Shown here: positions 42,784 through 52,927 of the stretch, piece by piece | Position numbering within the stretch: the first letter of the stretch is position 1 | Layout of the letters: each line of letters starts with the position of its first letter | Assembly: GCA_038231435.1 (NCBI GenBank) | Contig: JBBRLJ010000013.1 | Span: 53,480-117,479 of the forward strand | Length of the DNA stretch: 64,000 nt | DNA from: Planctomycetota bacterium | GTDB lineage: Bacteria > Planctomycetota > UBA11346 | Reading direction: 5' to 3' | Made by a program: the position numbers and the translations under genes | Notes under the pieces: generated by a model | The model's input: the letters and a program-made list of their open reading frames with translations, nothing else | Told to the model about the DNA's origin: nothing | Databases searched by the model: none

Positions 42784-43839
42784 ATGCGCGTGCGTCTCTG
42801 GGGGGTGCGAGGTTCGCTGGCCACCCCCATGTCCTCCCTGCAGCTGCGCGACAAGGCCCGGGCCCTGCTCGCCGAGGCCACCCCCGCGGACATCGCCTCG
42901 GGTGAGGCCATCGAACGCTACCTGGATCGCTCGCCTCATAGTTGGACCTACGGTGGCAACACCAGTTGCGTTGAAGTGTCCTTCGATGACCAGCTCTTCG
43001 TCCTCGATTCCGGGACCGGGCTGCGCTCATTGGGGATGAAGCTCAAGGATGAAGGACGCGATCGCGGCGTCGGCATCAACATGTTCTTCACCCACTTCCA
43101 TTGGGACCACATCTGCGGCTTCCCGTTCTTCCCGCCCATCTACATGCCGGGGCGGACGATCGACGTGTGGTCGGGCCGCAGCGACGCGGCCGAGCTCCTG
43201 GCCGTGCAGATGGGCAGCGCGCACTTCCCGGTGAAGTGGGACAAGCTGCCGAGCACCATCACCTGCCGCCAGTTGCCCGAGGACCAGGCGAGCATGATCG
43301 CCGGTGCCGAAGTGCGCATCCTGCCGCTGATCCATCCCGACCGCGCGTTCGGTTACCGCATCTCCCAAGGTGGCCACACGGTCTGCTATCTCACCGACAC
43401 CGAGGTCTCCAAGAACCCGTTCCGCCTCGCCGAGACCTACTCCGCATTCGTCGCCGGAGCGGACGTGGTGATCGTCGATGCGATGTATGGATTCCTCGAA
43501 TACCACGACAAGGTCAACTTCGGCCATTCGACGATCTACAACTTCATCGATTTCTTCAAGGACGCCGACATTGGCGAACTGGTGATCTTCCACCACGATC
43601 CCATGGCTGGCGACCCCGCCGTCACCCAGCTCTGGAACGATGCCATCCGCTACAAGGCAGTGATCGCGCCAAACGCCACCTGGAAGCTCAGCGCGGCTTT
43701 CGAGGGCCAGGATTGGAACTTCGAAGGCACGGTCGGCCAGAGCCAGCACCTGCACGAGAAGAAGGTGGCGAAGCCCAAGGTGGCAGCATCAGCCACCACG
43801 GCCGCGCGTCGCAAGCCCTCCGCTACCAAGCGCAAATAG
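42784..43839 (+). CDS. MBL-fold metallo-hydrolase
   Basis: WGVRGS..TP, YGGNTSCVEV, LDSGTG, THFHWDHICG, HP...GYRI, TDTE, GHS, FHHDP. Confidence 0.92.
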   Translation: MRVRLWGVRGSLATPMSSLQLRDKARALLAEATPADIASGEAIERYLDRSPHSWTYGGNTSCVEVSFDDQLFVLDSGTGLRSLGMKLKDEGRDRGVGINMFFTHFHWDHICGFPFFPPIYMPGRTIDVWSGRSDAAELLAVQMGSAHFPVKWDKLPSTITCRQLPEDQASMIAGAEVRILPLIHPDRAFGYRISQGGHTVCYLTDTEVSKNPFRLAETYSAFVAGADVVIVDAMYGFLEYHDKVNFGHSTIYNFIDFFKDADIGELVIFHHDPMAGDPAVTQLWNDAIRYKAVIAPNATWKLSAAFEGQDWNFEGTVGQSQHLHEKKVAKPKVAASATTAARRKPSATKRK

Positions 43840-43996
43840 CCTTCTCGGCCCCCGCGGGGAGTCGCGCCCGATTCCTGGAGAGCCTGTCGGGCGTGTCGTG
43901 GGCGCACCATCGGGAAGCGCGCTGGGGACGAAAGTTGCAAACAGGGTGCGGCCCCGAATACTGGGGGGCCCCATTCCGTCCAGCGACGCAGGTGCC

Positions 43997-45178
43997 ATGC
44001 TGCAAGTCAAACCGCAATTGAAGGAACTGCTGCAACAGCATCTTTCCCAGAAGGGTGTCAGCATCCGCGTCTTCGCCGAGCGTACCGGCATGAGTTATCC
44101 GACGGTGCTCTCGCTGCTGCACAAAGGGAGCGTTCCGCGCAAGCCCGAGCACCGTGAATCGGTGCGGCGCGAATTGGGCCTCGACCAGGACGCCTGGGCC
44201 TCGGTCATCGCCGCCAGCCAGAAGGACGGCATCGACATCCCCGAGGACGGGCCGCTCACGCTCCAGCAGCTGGTGCTCAAATCGCTGCTTTCGCAAGGCT
44301 TCACCGAGCAGTCCTTCTCGAAGCTCTCGGACATACCGTACCCGACGCTGATGGGCATGACGCGCAAGGGCGCGATCCCGCGCGCGGACACCCTGGCCCT
44401 CTTGGGCGAGAAGCTCGGCCTGACCCAGGAACAGATCGACGAGGCGGTGGAGCTGAGCCGCGCGCTCAAGCGCGACGGCGACGACACGGCCGACGACGCG
44501 ATCGCCGAGGTTCCCAGCTCAGAGGCGCTCTCCGACGCGCCGAACCTCGCGCAGCTGGTGGCAGATCACATTGCCGGCTCTGGCGCCAGCATCGCGCACT
44601 ACGCGAGACAGCACGGCGTGCCGTACCTGAGCTTGACCAAGCTGTTGAACTCCGGCGTGCCGCCGCGGCGCAAGAGCATCCTCGAGCCGCTCTCGCGAGC
44701 GCTGGGATTGAGCGAGCAAGCTTTCGAGACCAGCCTGATCAAGAGCAAGCAGTCGCCGACCCCCGCCTCGGCCAAGCGCGACGACGTGGCGATGACGCCG
44801 CTGCAGGAAGCGCTGCATCGGCTGGTCCAGGCCAAGGGCTTGACCACCAAGGCGTTCTCGGAACTCGCCGATCTCAGCGTGCTCACCGCCACCAAGCTGC
44901 TCAAGCACGGCGATCTCCCCGGACGCACCACCACCCACGACAAGTTGCGCAACCTGCTGCAGGTCACGCCAGAGGAATACCACGACCTGCTCGAGCGCTC
45001 GCGCGAGACCGGTCGCGAATCCGAGGAGCGGCCGGCCGCGTCCACCGCGATGCCGTACATCGCCCCGGCGCCGGCAGCGTCGACCGGACCGTCGGTGTCC
45101 GAGCTCGCTGAGCTGATCGAGCGCCTGAATCCGCGTCAGCGCGAGGCGCTCAAGAGTTTCATCCTGACGATGGTCTGA
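43997..45178 (+). CDS. Protein with four tandem XRE/Cro-like HTH repeats
   Basis: Four similar units: FAERTGMSYPTVLSLLHKGSVPR, FSKLSDIPYPTLMGMTRKGAIPR, YARQHGVPYLSLTKLLNSGVPPR, FSELADLSVLTATKLLKHGDLPG. Confidence 0.78.
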   Translation: MLQVKPQLKELLQQHLSQKGVSIRVFAERTGMSYPTVLSLLHKGSVPRKPEHRESVRRELGLDQDAWASVIAASQKDGIDIPEDGPLTLQQLVLKSLLSQGFTEQSFSKLSDIPYPTLMGMTRKGAIPRADTLALLGEKLGLTQEQIDEAVELSRALKRDGDDTADDAIAEVPSSEALSDAPNLAQLVADHIAGSGASIAHYARQHGVPYLSLTKLLNSGVPPRRKSILEPLSRALGLSEQAFETSLIKSKQSPTPASAKRDDVAMTPLQEALHRLVQAKGLTTKAFSELADLSVLTATKLLKHGDLPGRTTTHDKLRNLLQVTPEEYHDLLERSRETGRESEERPAASTAMPYIAPAPAASTGPSVSELAELIERLNPRQREALKSFILTMV

Positions 45179-45998
45179 TCGCGATTCCTCCTGGGTCACT
45201 GACCTCGCCTTTGTCCGCGCTTCTATTCGCGCCTCCATCCGCGCCTCCATGTGTGCCTTCAATCGAGGAAGGAGCGGAGTGATCGGAGGCATTCGCGAGC
45301 CCCGCCGCGTGCAGGATCGGGCGCGCGTCGTCACCGCGCGGCGTGCGCGCCAGGCAGGCGAGCGTGATGCGCCTGGCTCCGCCGGCCCTCATCGCGCTCG
45401 CCGCCGCGGTTGCGGTGGCGCCGCTGGTCAGCAGGTCGTCGACCAGCACCACGTGCTCGGGCGCGGCGCCGCGGCAAGCGAACAGTCCATCGACATTGCG
45501 TTCGCGCTCGCGCGCCGCCAGGCGGTGCTGCTCCGCCGCTGCCCGCGTCGGCAGCAGCAGCTGGCGCGCGCGCAGGCCATGGACGCGGGCGATTCGCCAC
45601 GCCAGCGCCGTCGCCAGGTGCGGACCGGATCGGCGCCCCGGTGAGGGTGGAAGCGGGACCACCACGGTGGCGGGATGTGGGTTCTCGAGCGCCGGAGTCA
45701 GGAGCGTCAGCACGCGCACCGCGGCCGGGCGGGCGCCGGCCTTGGCGGCGCGCACTAGGTCCTCGATCACGCCCTCGTACGAGCATGCGATGGCCACCTC
45801 CTGGATGTTCGGCAGCCCGCGGCCAGCGCAGTTGCGGCACGGCGCCGATTTGGACGGGCGGGGGGTAGCGCACCAGGGGCAGGGATGATGGAGCCTGACC
45901 ACCGCATGAAGGCAGGCCGCGCACAGATCAGGGCCGGCGGAGACACGGCAGGCGGGGCAGACCGAGGGCAGCAGTAGGTCGAGGAGGGCGGTGAACAT
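45159..45998 (-). CDS. comF: ComF-family protein (double zinc ribbon plus PRTase)
   Basis: LLDLLLP..CPAC, LC..C, CPWC, CRNC, LVDDLLTSGAT. Confidence 0.88.
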   Translation of the reverse strand: MFTALLDLLLPSVCPACRVSAGPDLCAACLHAVVRLHHPCPWCATPRPSKSAPCRNCAGRGLPNIQEVAIACSYEGVIEDLVRAAKAGARPAAVRVLTLLTPALENPHPATVVVPLPPSPGRRSGPHLATALAWRIARVHGLRARQLLLPTRAAAEQHRLAARERERNVDGLFACRGAAPEHVVLVDDLLTSGATATAAASAMRAGGARRITLACLARTPRGDDARPILHAAGLANASDHSAPSSIEGTHGGADGGANRSADKGEVSDPGGIAIRPSSG

Positions 45999-46198
45999 GG
46001 CATACGCCTAGCCCTTCCCCCATGAGAAGCCCATGAGAAGCGCAAGCGCGGGCGCGGGCAGGGGCTGGATAGGGGCGACAGCTATTCCCCCACGAGCGCT
46101 GTCGAGGCTATCCAGGCGCGGGCGATCCGTGGATGGCGGCCACGGGTAGAATCGTCGTTCGGCGAGACTGGCTCACGGAGCGCACCAAGGAGCACGTC

Positions 46199-47110
46199 AT
46201 GGCAGTACGATCGATTTGGAGCGGCGCGATCAGTTTCGGGATCGTCAACATCCCGGTGAAGCTGGTGTCGGCGGTGAAGGAGAAGCAGCTGCGCTTTCAT
46301 CAGATCAGCGAATCAAAAAAGGTGCGCGTGCGGCAGAAGCTGGTGCCCGAAGGTTCGGACCAGGAGATCTCGCGCGACGACATCGTGAAGGGCTACGAGA
46401 TCGCCCCCGAGCAGTATGTGGTGATCGAGGAGCAGGAGCTCAAGGCGCTGGCGGCCGATAAGAGCCGCTCGATCGACATCGTGGACTTCGTGGGGCTCGA
46501 GCAGATCGATCCGATCTATTACGACACGCCGTACTACGTCGTCCCGGACGAGCGAGCCGGACGCGCCTATTGGCTGCTGTGCGAGGCGATGCGGCAGTCC
46601 GGGAGGGTGGCGATCGCGCGCTTCGTGATGCGCAACAAGGAGATCCTCGCGGCGATCAGGCCGGTCGAGGGCGGACTGTGCTTGGAGACCATGCACTTCC
46701 ACGACGAGGTGCAGGCGCTTGAACAGGCGGCGGGGCACGCCAAGCCGGTGAAGCCCCAGGAGCGCGAGCTGAAAGTGGCGCAGCAGATCATCGATTCGCT
46801 GACCACGACCTTCGATGCCACACAGTATGAGGACGAGTACCGCAAGCGGGTCATGGCCTTCATAGAGAAGAAGGCCGAGGGCAAGGTCGAAACCATCGCC
46901 GAGGAGCCGGTGCGCAAACAGGGCAAGGTGCTTGATCTCATGGCCGCGCTCGAGGCGAGTCTGGGTCAGGTCAAGAACCGCAAAGGCGGTGGCCGCCAGT
47001 CGGACGATGCGGAGCACGGACGCCCTGGCGCGCACCGCGCGCGCAGCGGACGACCGCACCCGCATGCCCAAGCAAAGGCCGAGCACAAGCACCCGAAGCG
47101 CGCTGGCTGA
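46199..47110 (+). CDS. ku: Ku NHEJ DNA end-binding protein
   Basis: RSIWSGAISFGIVNIPVKL, IVKGYE, IDPIYYDTPYY, YEDEYR, DLMAALEASL, basic tail. AAGGAG RBS. Confidence 0.96.
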   Translation: MAVRSIWSGAISFGIVNIPVKLVSAVKEKQLRFHQISESKKVRVRQKLVPEGSDQEISRDDIVKGYEIAPEQYVVIEEQELKALAADKSRSIDIVDFVGLEQIDPIYYDTPYYVVPDERAGRAYWLLCEAMRQSGRVAIARFVMRNKEILAAIRPVEGGLCLETMHFHDEVQALEQAAGHAKPVKPQERELKVAQQIIDSLTTTFDATQYEDEYRKRVMAFIEKKAEGKVETIAEEPVRKQGKVLDLMAALEASLGQVKNRKGGGRQSDDAEHGRPGAHRARSGRPHPHAQAKAEHKHPKRAG

Positions 47111-47163
47111 ACCGAGGCGGCCGGTGTTAGCTCAATGAATCCCGAGAGCACGAAAGACGCCAT

Positions 47164-48273
47164 ATGCCGAAGGCCATCACCGTCACCATCGCGGGCAAGC
47201 AGCTGAGCCTGTCGAATCTCGATAAGATCATGTATCCCGAGGCGGGTTTCACCAAGGCCCAGGTGATCGATTACTACACGCGAATTGCGCCGGCGATGCT
47301 TCCGCACCTCAAGGACCGGCCGATCTCGCTCAAGCGCTTCCCCGACGGTGTCGACGGCATGTTCTTCTACGAGAAACGCTGCCCTGCCCATCGCCCTGGG
47401 TGGGTCGGAACCTGTTCGATCCCGGTGAAGCACGGCGAGATCGCCTTCTGCACGGTCGACGGCGTCGAGACCCTGGCGTGGCTCGCCAACATCGCGTGCC
47501 TGGAGATCCACGCGTATCTCTATAAGCGCACCGCCCCCGACGTGCCGACCATGATGGTGTTCGACCTCGATCCCGGCGAGCCGGCCACCCTGCTCGACAG
47601 TTGCCAGGTCGGCCTGCACGTGCGCCGGCTGCTCGCCGCCGATGGGCTCGAATGCCTGGCGAAATCCTCGGGCTCCAAGGGCCTCCACCTCTACGTGCCG
47701 CTCAACACTCCGACCACCTTCAAGCGCACCAAGTCGTATGCGCGCGCGGTGGCGATCGCGCTCGAGAAACGCTTTCCCGAGCGGGTGGTGAGCGTGATGG
47801 CCAAATCCGAACGCGTGGGGAAGATTTTCATCGATTGGAGCCAGAACGATGCGGCGAAGACCACCTGCTGCGTGTACTCGCTGCGTGCGCGCGCCCGGCC
47901 CACGGTATCCGCGCCGCTGTCATGGCCGGAGATCGAGCGCGCGGCGCGCTCGGGCGACGTCTCGGGACTGGTGCGCGAAGCCGGCGCGGTGCTGGCCTCG
48001 GTCGAACGCGAGGGCGATGCGTTCGCCGCTCTCGAGAGCCTGAAGCAGAAGCTGCCGGCGGCGGATCCAGCCAGCGGCGAGGCCGGCGAAGCGCACCCCG
48101 CCACGACGTCGCGCTCGGGCGATTCAACGGCCACGCGCAAGCCCGCACGGGGATCGGGGAATTCGCTGGTCAAGCCGCGCGGCAAGCCAGCGACTGGTCC
48201 AGGGAAAAGACCGGCGAAACCGGCGGCGGGGCGCGCATCGCCCCGCCTAGCGCGCGCGACCAGGAGCCGCTGA
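47164..48273 (+). CDS. ligD: Stand-alone LigD polymerase (PrimPol) domain protein
   Basis: LSNLDKIMYP, RFPDGV, FYEK, FDLDP, KSSGSKGLHLY, IDWSQN, YSLRAR..PTVSAPL.W.E. No ligase domain. Confidence 0.92.
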   Translation: MPKAITVTIAGKQLSLSNLDKIMYPEAGFTKAQVIDYYTRIAPAMLPHLKDRPISLKRFPDGVDGMFFYEKRCPAHRPGWVGTCSIPVKHGEIAFCTVDGVETLAWLANIACLEIHAYLYKRTAPDVPTMMVFDLDPGEPATLLDSCQVGLHVRRLLAADGLECLAKSSGSKGLHLYVPLNTPTTFKRTKSYARAVAIALEKRFPERVVSVMAKSERVGKIFIDWSQNDAAKTTCCVYSLRARARPTVSAPLSWPEIERAARSGDVSGLVREAGAVLASVEREGDAFAALESLKQKLPAADPASGEAGEAHPATTSRSGDSTATRKPARGSGNSLVKPRGKPATGPGKRPAKPAAGRASPRLARATRSR

Positions 48274-48290
48274 GCGGCGGCGGAGCCGAC

Positions 48291-49223
48291 TCAGTTCAGG
48301 TCGAGCTTGCCGAGCGCCGACTTCGCATCGGGATCGCGATCGGCGGCCTTGCGGTACCAGTCGCCGGCGCGATGGAGATCCTTCGCGACGCCGGTCCCGA
48401 GTTCGTAGCAGCGGCCGAGCCGGTACTGCGCGCGCGCATTGCCCTGCTCGGCGGCCTTGAGGTACCACGCCGCCGCGCTCGACGCATCCTTGTCGATGCC
48501 CTTGCCGGTTTCGAAGTAGAAGCCGACCATGTTCTGGGCGTCGGCATCGCCGCGATCGGCGGCCTCCTGGTACCAACCGAGCGCCTTCTCATAGCTCTGC
48601 GGAACCCCTTGGCCCTTCGCGTAGCAGACCGCCAGGTTGTAGGCCGCATCCACGTGACCCGCCCGCGCGGCCTGCTGGTACCACCAGGTGGCCTCGGCGA
48701 GATCGACCGCGCAGCCGATGCCGGCTTTGCAGTAATGCGCCAGGCTGTACTCGGCCTCGGCGTCGCCTTGGCGAGCAGCCACGGCGTACCACTGGAAGGC
48801 TTGGCGCGGATCCTTGGCGATTCCATCGCCGTTCGCGTAACACACAGCGAGATTGTACTGGGCCAGGACATGGCCTTCCTCGGCCGCGGCCCGGTACCAA
48901 CGCACGGCTTCGGCCAGATCCACCGCCATGCCCCTGCCGAGCTGGTTGCAGAGGCCGAGCGAGAACGCGGCATTGGCGTGTCCCTGCTGAGCCGCCTTGA
49001 GATACCATGCCGCGGCCTTGGCCGGATCGGCACTGACGTAACGGCCGGTATCGTAGCACATCCCGAGCGTGTATTCGCCTTGGGGGTCGCCCTGTGACGC
49101 CGCAGAGGAGATGGTCGCGAAGGTGCCGTCCTGTTGGTTCGAGGTCTCGGCCTCGGCGCGCAGGGTCGTCGCCACCGCGGCAGTCAGCAGCAGTGGCATC
49201 AGCAACAGGCGACGTACGAGCAT
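48291..49223 (-). CDS. Secreted Sel1-repeat protein
   Basis: Signal peptide plus about seven A..WY..AA.QG...AQ..LG..Y..G.G repeats. Confidence 0.92.
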   Translation of the reverse strand: MLVRRLLLMPLLLTAAVATTLRAEAETSNQQDGTFATISSAASQGDPQGEYTLGMCYDTGRYVSADPAKAAAWYLKAAQQGHANAAFSLGLCNQLGRGMAVDLAEAVRWYRAAAEEGHVLAQYNLAVCYANGDGIAKDPRQAFQWYAVAARQGDAEAEYSLAHYCKAGIGCAVDLAEATWWYQQAARAGHVDAAYNLAVCYAKGQGVPQSYEKALGWYQEAADRGDADAQNMVGFYFETGKGIDKDASSAAAWYLKAAEQGNARAQYRLGRCYELGTGVAKDLHRAGDWYRKAADRDPDAKSALGKLDLN

Positions 49224-49488
49224 GGGTCTTCGCTCCATCGGGTCCGGCGCTGTCGCAGGGTGGGCGGAGATCTCCGTGGGCCCCTCGACGTGCACAGACG
49301 AACGGCGTCATCGTATAGGGACGCTGTCGATGGCTACAGCATTTTCGCTGGACGTGTCTAGCGTTGCAGAGTGTTCCTCTCCATCAACAAGACCGGCGAC
49401 GGCGTCCAGAATTGGGCCCACATTGCCGAGTCGAAGGATGTGCCAGGGCTTGCGTCATGTGAAGGCTCTTGCGGCTATCCTCGTCGAG

Positions 49489-50157
49489 ATGAAGACCAAG
49501 CCATCGACGTCGACGCATTCCGCAGGATCTTCGCCAGGTGCCTGCCCGCCCTGCAACCCGTTCAGCAAGGCGATCCAGCGGCTCTCCGCCGCGCTCACCC
49601 GTTGGACCGGCAGTTCGACCGCGTTCCTGCTCGCGGTACTGACCATCGTCTGCTGGGGAGCGAGCGGCCCGCTGCTCGGCTTCTCAGATAGCTGGCAGCT
49701 GGTGATGAATACCATCACCTCGATCATCACCTTCTTGATGGTGTTCCTGATCCAGCGGGCCCAGAACAAGGACTCGCTCGCGATCCAGCTCAAGCTCAAC
49801 GAGATCGTCGCCGCGGTGAACGGAGCCAACAACCGCATGATCGATGTCGAGGACCTCAGCGAGGAGGAGCTGCGCGAGCTGCATGGACGCTACCAGAAGC
49901 TCGCCAAGCGCGTCGGCGACTCGGTTGAATCGATCCGCACCGACGGGAAGCGTCCCGCTGGCGACACCTCGGAGGTGACCAGCGAGGCGTCATCCGGGGG
50001 CGATCGATCTGAAGCCCCAAGGTTCCCGGATGCCGACGCGATCCGTGGTTCCCTGGCGGGCCCGTTGGAGCGGCGGCGAAGTCCTCCGGCCGTGCGCAGC
50101 GACGGCGTGAAGCCGGGGGGGCCTCGGCCGAAGCACGAGTCGCGCGAGATCCCCTGA
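49489..50157 (+). CDS. Low-affinity iron permease family protein
   Basis: FSDSWQLVMNT.TSIITFLMVFLIQ..QNKD..AIQLKLNE. Confidence 0.88.
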   Translation: MKTKPSTSTHSAGSSPGACPPCNPFSKAIQRLSAALTRWTGSSTAFLLAVLTIVCWGASGPLLGFSDSWQLVMNTITSIITFLMVFLIQRAQNKDSLAIQLKLNEIVAAVNGANNRMIDVEDLSEEELRELHGRYQKLAKRVGDSVESIRTDGKRPAGDTSEVTSEASSGGDRSEAPRFPDADAIRGSLAGPLERRRSPPAVRSDGVKPGGPRPKHESREIP

Positions 50158-50220
50158 TCATCTGCTGGCCGGGTACAAACGTGCTTGCGCGGACCACCTG
50201 ACAGCGTCACACCAAGGGCG

Positions 50221-51762
50221 ATGCCCCCATCGCCTCAGCCATTGGCCTCGTCACTACGGTCATCGGTGGCGCCCTTCGTCCGCATGTTCCTCGGGAAGGC
50301 GCCATCATGGTACAAGTCACTGATCGCCGTCGCCTTGCTGGCAAATCCCCTGGCGTACGCCGGTATCGCCGCATGCGTCTCGCCAGCTGCGGCTTCGTGC
50401 GTTGTCGGTTGGCTGATGATGGGGGAATTCATCGCCACCTTGGCGATGGCCCTCGCATGCTATCCGTTGCTGCCCGGCGGACTGATCGCGCTCGAGGCCA
50501 TCCTGCTCGGGCTGTGCCCGGTGGATGCGCTGTATGCCGAAGCGCACCGCAACTTTCCGGTCATCCTGCTGCTGGTGTTCCTGGTCGCGGGCGTGGGCTT
50601 CCTCAAGGAGTGGCTGTCGGCGGTGTTCACGCGGGTGCTGTTCTGCACGCGCTCCAAGATCGCGCTCTCGGCGATGTTCTGCGCCATGGGCGCGGTGCTG
50701 TCGGCGTTCCTCGACGCGCTCACCGTCATCGCCGTTCTGATCACGGTATGTCGTGGCTTCCATGACGTCTACCATGACTGGCGATCTCGCAGCAGGGACC
50801 GCGACGAGGCGGAACTCGACAGCTTCCGCGCCTTCCTGCGCTCGCTGGTCATGCACGCGGCCATCGGCACCGCCTTGGGCGGGGTCGCGACCATGATCGG
50901 CGAACCCCAGAACCTGCTCATCGCCCATGTTGTCGCCGAGCGGCTGCCTGCGCGCGCCGAGCACTGGGGTTTCATGGGGTTCCTGCTGCGCATGTCGGTG
51001 GTGACGGTGCCGACCCTGGCCGCTGGCCTGGCGGTCACCGTCGTCTGCGAGCGATTCCGGATCTTCGGCTACGGCGCGCGCATGCCTGACACGGTACGCG
51101 AGGCGCTATCCAAGCAGGAACGCGAGCGTTCGGCCGCGCGCACGCCGATCGAGCGCGGGCGCCTGTGGGTGCAGGGGGCGTGCGCATTGCTGCTGGTCGC
51201 GGGACTTGCATTCCACTGGGCCGAAGTCGGCATCCTCGGGTTGTTCCTGATCGTGGTGGCCACGTCATTCACCGGAGTGAGCGATGAGCACCGCATCGGC
51301 CTGGCCTTCACCGAGAGCCTGCCATTTGTGGCGCTGCTGGTCGTGTTCTTCGCCATCGTGGTCATGATCGATGTCCAGGGTCTATTCCGCCCGATGATCG
51401 CCGCCGCGCTCGCCCATGGTGAACGCGGCCAGCTCACCGGCTTCTTCTGGGGAACCGCGGTGCTCAGCACCATCTCGGACAACGTCTTCGTGGCCACCGT
51501 CTTCATCAATGAAGCCGCCGTGGCTCACGCTTCGGGTAGGGTCTCGGATGCCCAGTTCGAGCGGCTCGCCATAGCGATCAACGCCGGCACCAACATTCCG
51601 TCGGTGGCGACTCCGAACGGCCAGGCCGCGTTGTTGTTCCTGCTCACCAGCTCGCTCTCACCACTACTCCGCCTCGGCTACGCGCGCATGTGCGTGATGG
51701 CCCTGCCGTACGCGATCGTCACGACTGTCGTCGCATTCGCATGCGTGTTCCTGTTCGTGTAG
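50221..51762 (+). CDS. nhaB: Na+/H+ antiporter NhaB
   Basis: FLGKAPSWYK, EFI.TLAMAL.CYPLLPGGL, LSAFLDALTV, TMIGEPQNL, SDNVFVAT, GTNIPSVATPNGQAA. Confidence 0.95.
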   Translation: MPPSPQPLASSLRSSVAPFVRMFLGKAPSWYKSLIAVALLANPLAYAGIAACVSPAAASCVVGWLMMGEFIATLAMALACYPLLPGGLIALEAILLGLCPVDALYAEAHRNFPVILLLVFLVAGVGFLKEWLSAVFTRVLFCTRSKIALSAMFCAMGAVLSAFLDALTVIAVLITVCRGFHDVYHDWRSRSRDRDEAELDSFRAFLRSLVMHAAIGTALGGVATMIGEPQNLLIAHVVAERLPARAEHWGFMGFLLRMSVVTVPTLAAGLAVTVVCERFRIFGYGARMPDTVREALSKQERERSAARTPIERGRLWVQGACALLLVAGLAFHWAEVGILGLFLIVVATSFTGVSDEHRIGLAFTESLPFVALLVVFFAIVVMIDVQGLFRPMIAAALAHGERGQLTGFFWGTAVLSTISDNVFVATVFINEAAVAHASGRVSDAQFERLAIAINAGTNIPSVATPNGQAALLFLLTSSLSPLLRLGYARMCVMALPYAIVTTVVAFACVFLFV

Positions 51763-51829
51763 CCGAGGCGGTCATCCAAGGTGGGACGGCGATCGGCCAC
51801 GCCGCTCGATAACGCCTTCAAGCAGCCGG

Positions 51830-52339
51830 CTAGCCGCCAAGGCCTGCCCAACGCGACGGCGAGTGCAGCGACCACATCAGCTCCTCGCGCTCTTCCATCG
51901 AGGGGGCGGGGTGGATCGGCCGCGGCGGCGCATCCAGCAGCTCGGCGATGCGGTTGGCGATGGCATGGTAATCGTCGTACACCGTCGGCTTCCACAGGTA
52001 GAAGTCGGCTCCGAGCTTGAAGCAGCGTTCGACATGGCGCATGTCGTCCGATCCGGACATCACCAGCACCGGGACGGAGCTCAGGCGTTCCTTGCTCTGG
52101 ATGTGCTGGAGGACGCGGAAGCCATCCTTGCGCGGTAGGAACAAGTCGAGCACGATCAGGTCGAGGGTGACGTTCTCGAGCGCGAGCCGGGTGAGGAACT
52201 GGATCGCGTCCTGGCCGTCGCCGGAAATGTGGAAGATGGCGCTGACGCCCGCGTCCGCGCAGGCCTCCTGGATCAGGTCGAGATCCTGGCGGTTGTCATC
52301 GACCAGGAGGATTTGCGGCAAGTCCTTCATGCGCTCCAT
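51830..52339 (-). CDS. Single-domain response regulator
   Basis: ILLVDDN, DGQDA, LDLIVLDLFLPRKDG, VMSGS, GADFYLWKP. Start uncertain (52339 or 52330). Confidence 0.88.
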   Translation of the reverse strand: MERMKDLPQILLVDDNRQDLDLIQEACADAGVSAIFHISGDGQDAIQFLTRLALENVTLDLIVLDLFLPRKDGFRVLQHIQSKERLSSVPVLVMSGSDDMRHVERCFKLGADFYLWKPTVYDDYHAIANRIAELLDAPPRPIHPAPSMEEREELMWSLHSPSRWAGLGG

Positions 52340-52421
52340 TCCAGAGCGACCATTGTACCCAGCCAGCATGTATCGACACGGGACCTCGGGCAAACCTACC
52401 ACGTGCTTGCGCCTGGCCTGC

Positions 52422-52852
52422 TCAGGCCATGTAGCGGATCAGCGACGTCGCCATGTCCAGGTAGTCCTCGACCGAGCTCGGCTTTACCAGGTAGTCGGTC
52501 GCGCCCAACGCTTTGGCCTGGGCGCGGTCTCCTGGCTGGGCGGACGAGCTCAGGACCACCACTGGGATCCCGGCGAGCGCCCGATGCTGGCGAAAATAGG
52601 ACAGCAGCTCGAATCCGTTCATCCGCGGCATCTTGATGTCGACTAGGATCAGATCAGATCAGATCAGATCGGGCCGGGCAGCGCTCGCGTCCATGACCTT
52701 GGTCAAGTAGCGCACCGCGTCGAGACCATCGAACGCGGTCGCGACCGGGGGGGGGGCAGCTCCGCCTCCGTGAAGACCTCGACGGCCAAGCGGATGTCAC
52801 CGGGATTGTCATCGACCACGAGGATGAGGCTGGTCTTGTCGTCAACGTGCAT
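52422..52852 (-). pseudogene. Response regulator disrupted by a frameshift at a C10 run and an in-frame stop in a GATCT repeat
   Basis: MHVDDKTSLILVVDDNPGD...[frameshift at 52747-52756]VATAFDGLDA...PDLI*SDLILVDIKMPRMNG...GATDYLVKP. Confidence 0.85.
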
Positions 52853-52927
52853 CGTCGGCAGTATATGTTCGCTGGAGCACAGGCGGATCCTTCACCGGCC
52901 CAAGCTCCGCAATCCACGTGTCCACGA

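Noticed and set aside
45159..45330. ComF C-terminal tail overlapping the HTH gene as a functional domain
   Set aside because: Low-complexity run-on past the PRTase domain across a 12-bp duplication; probably stop-codon drift.
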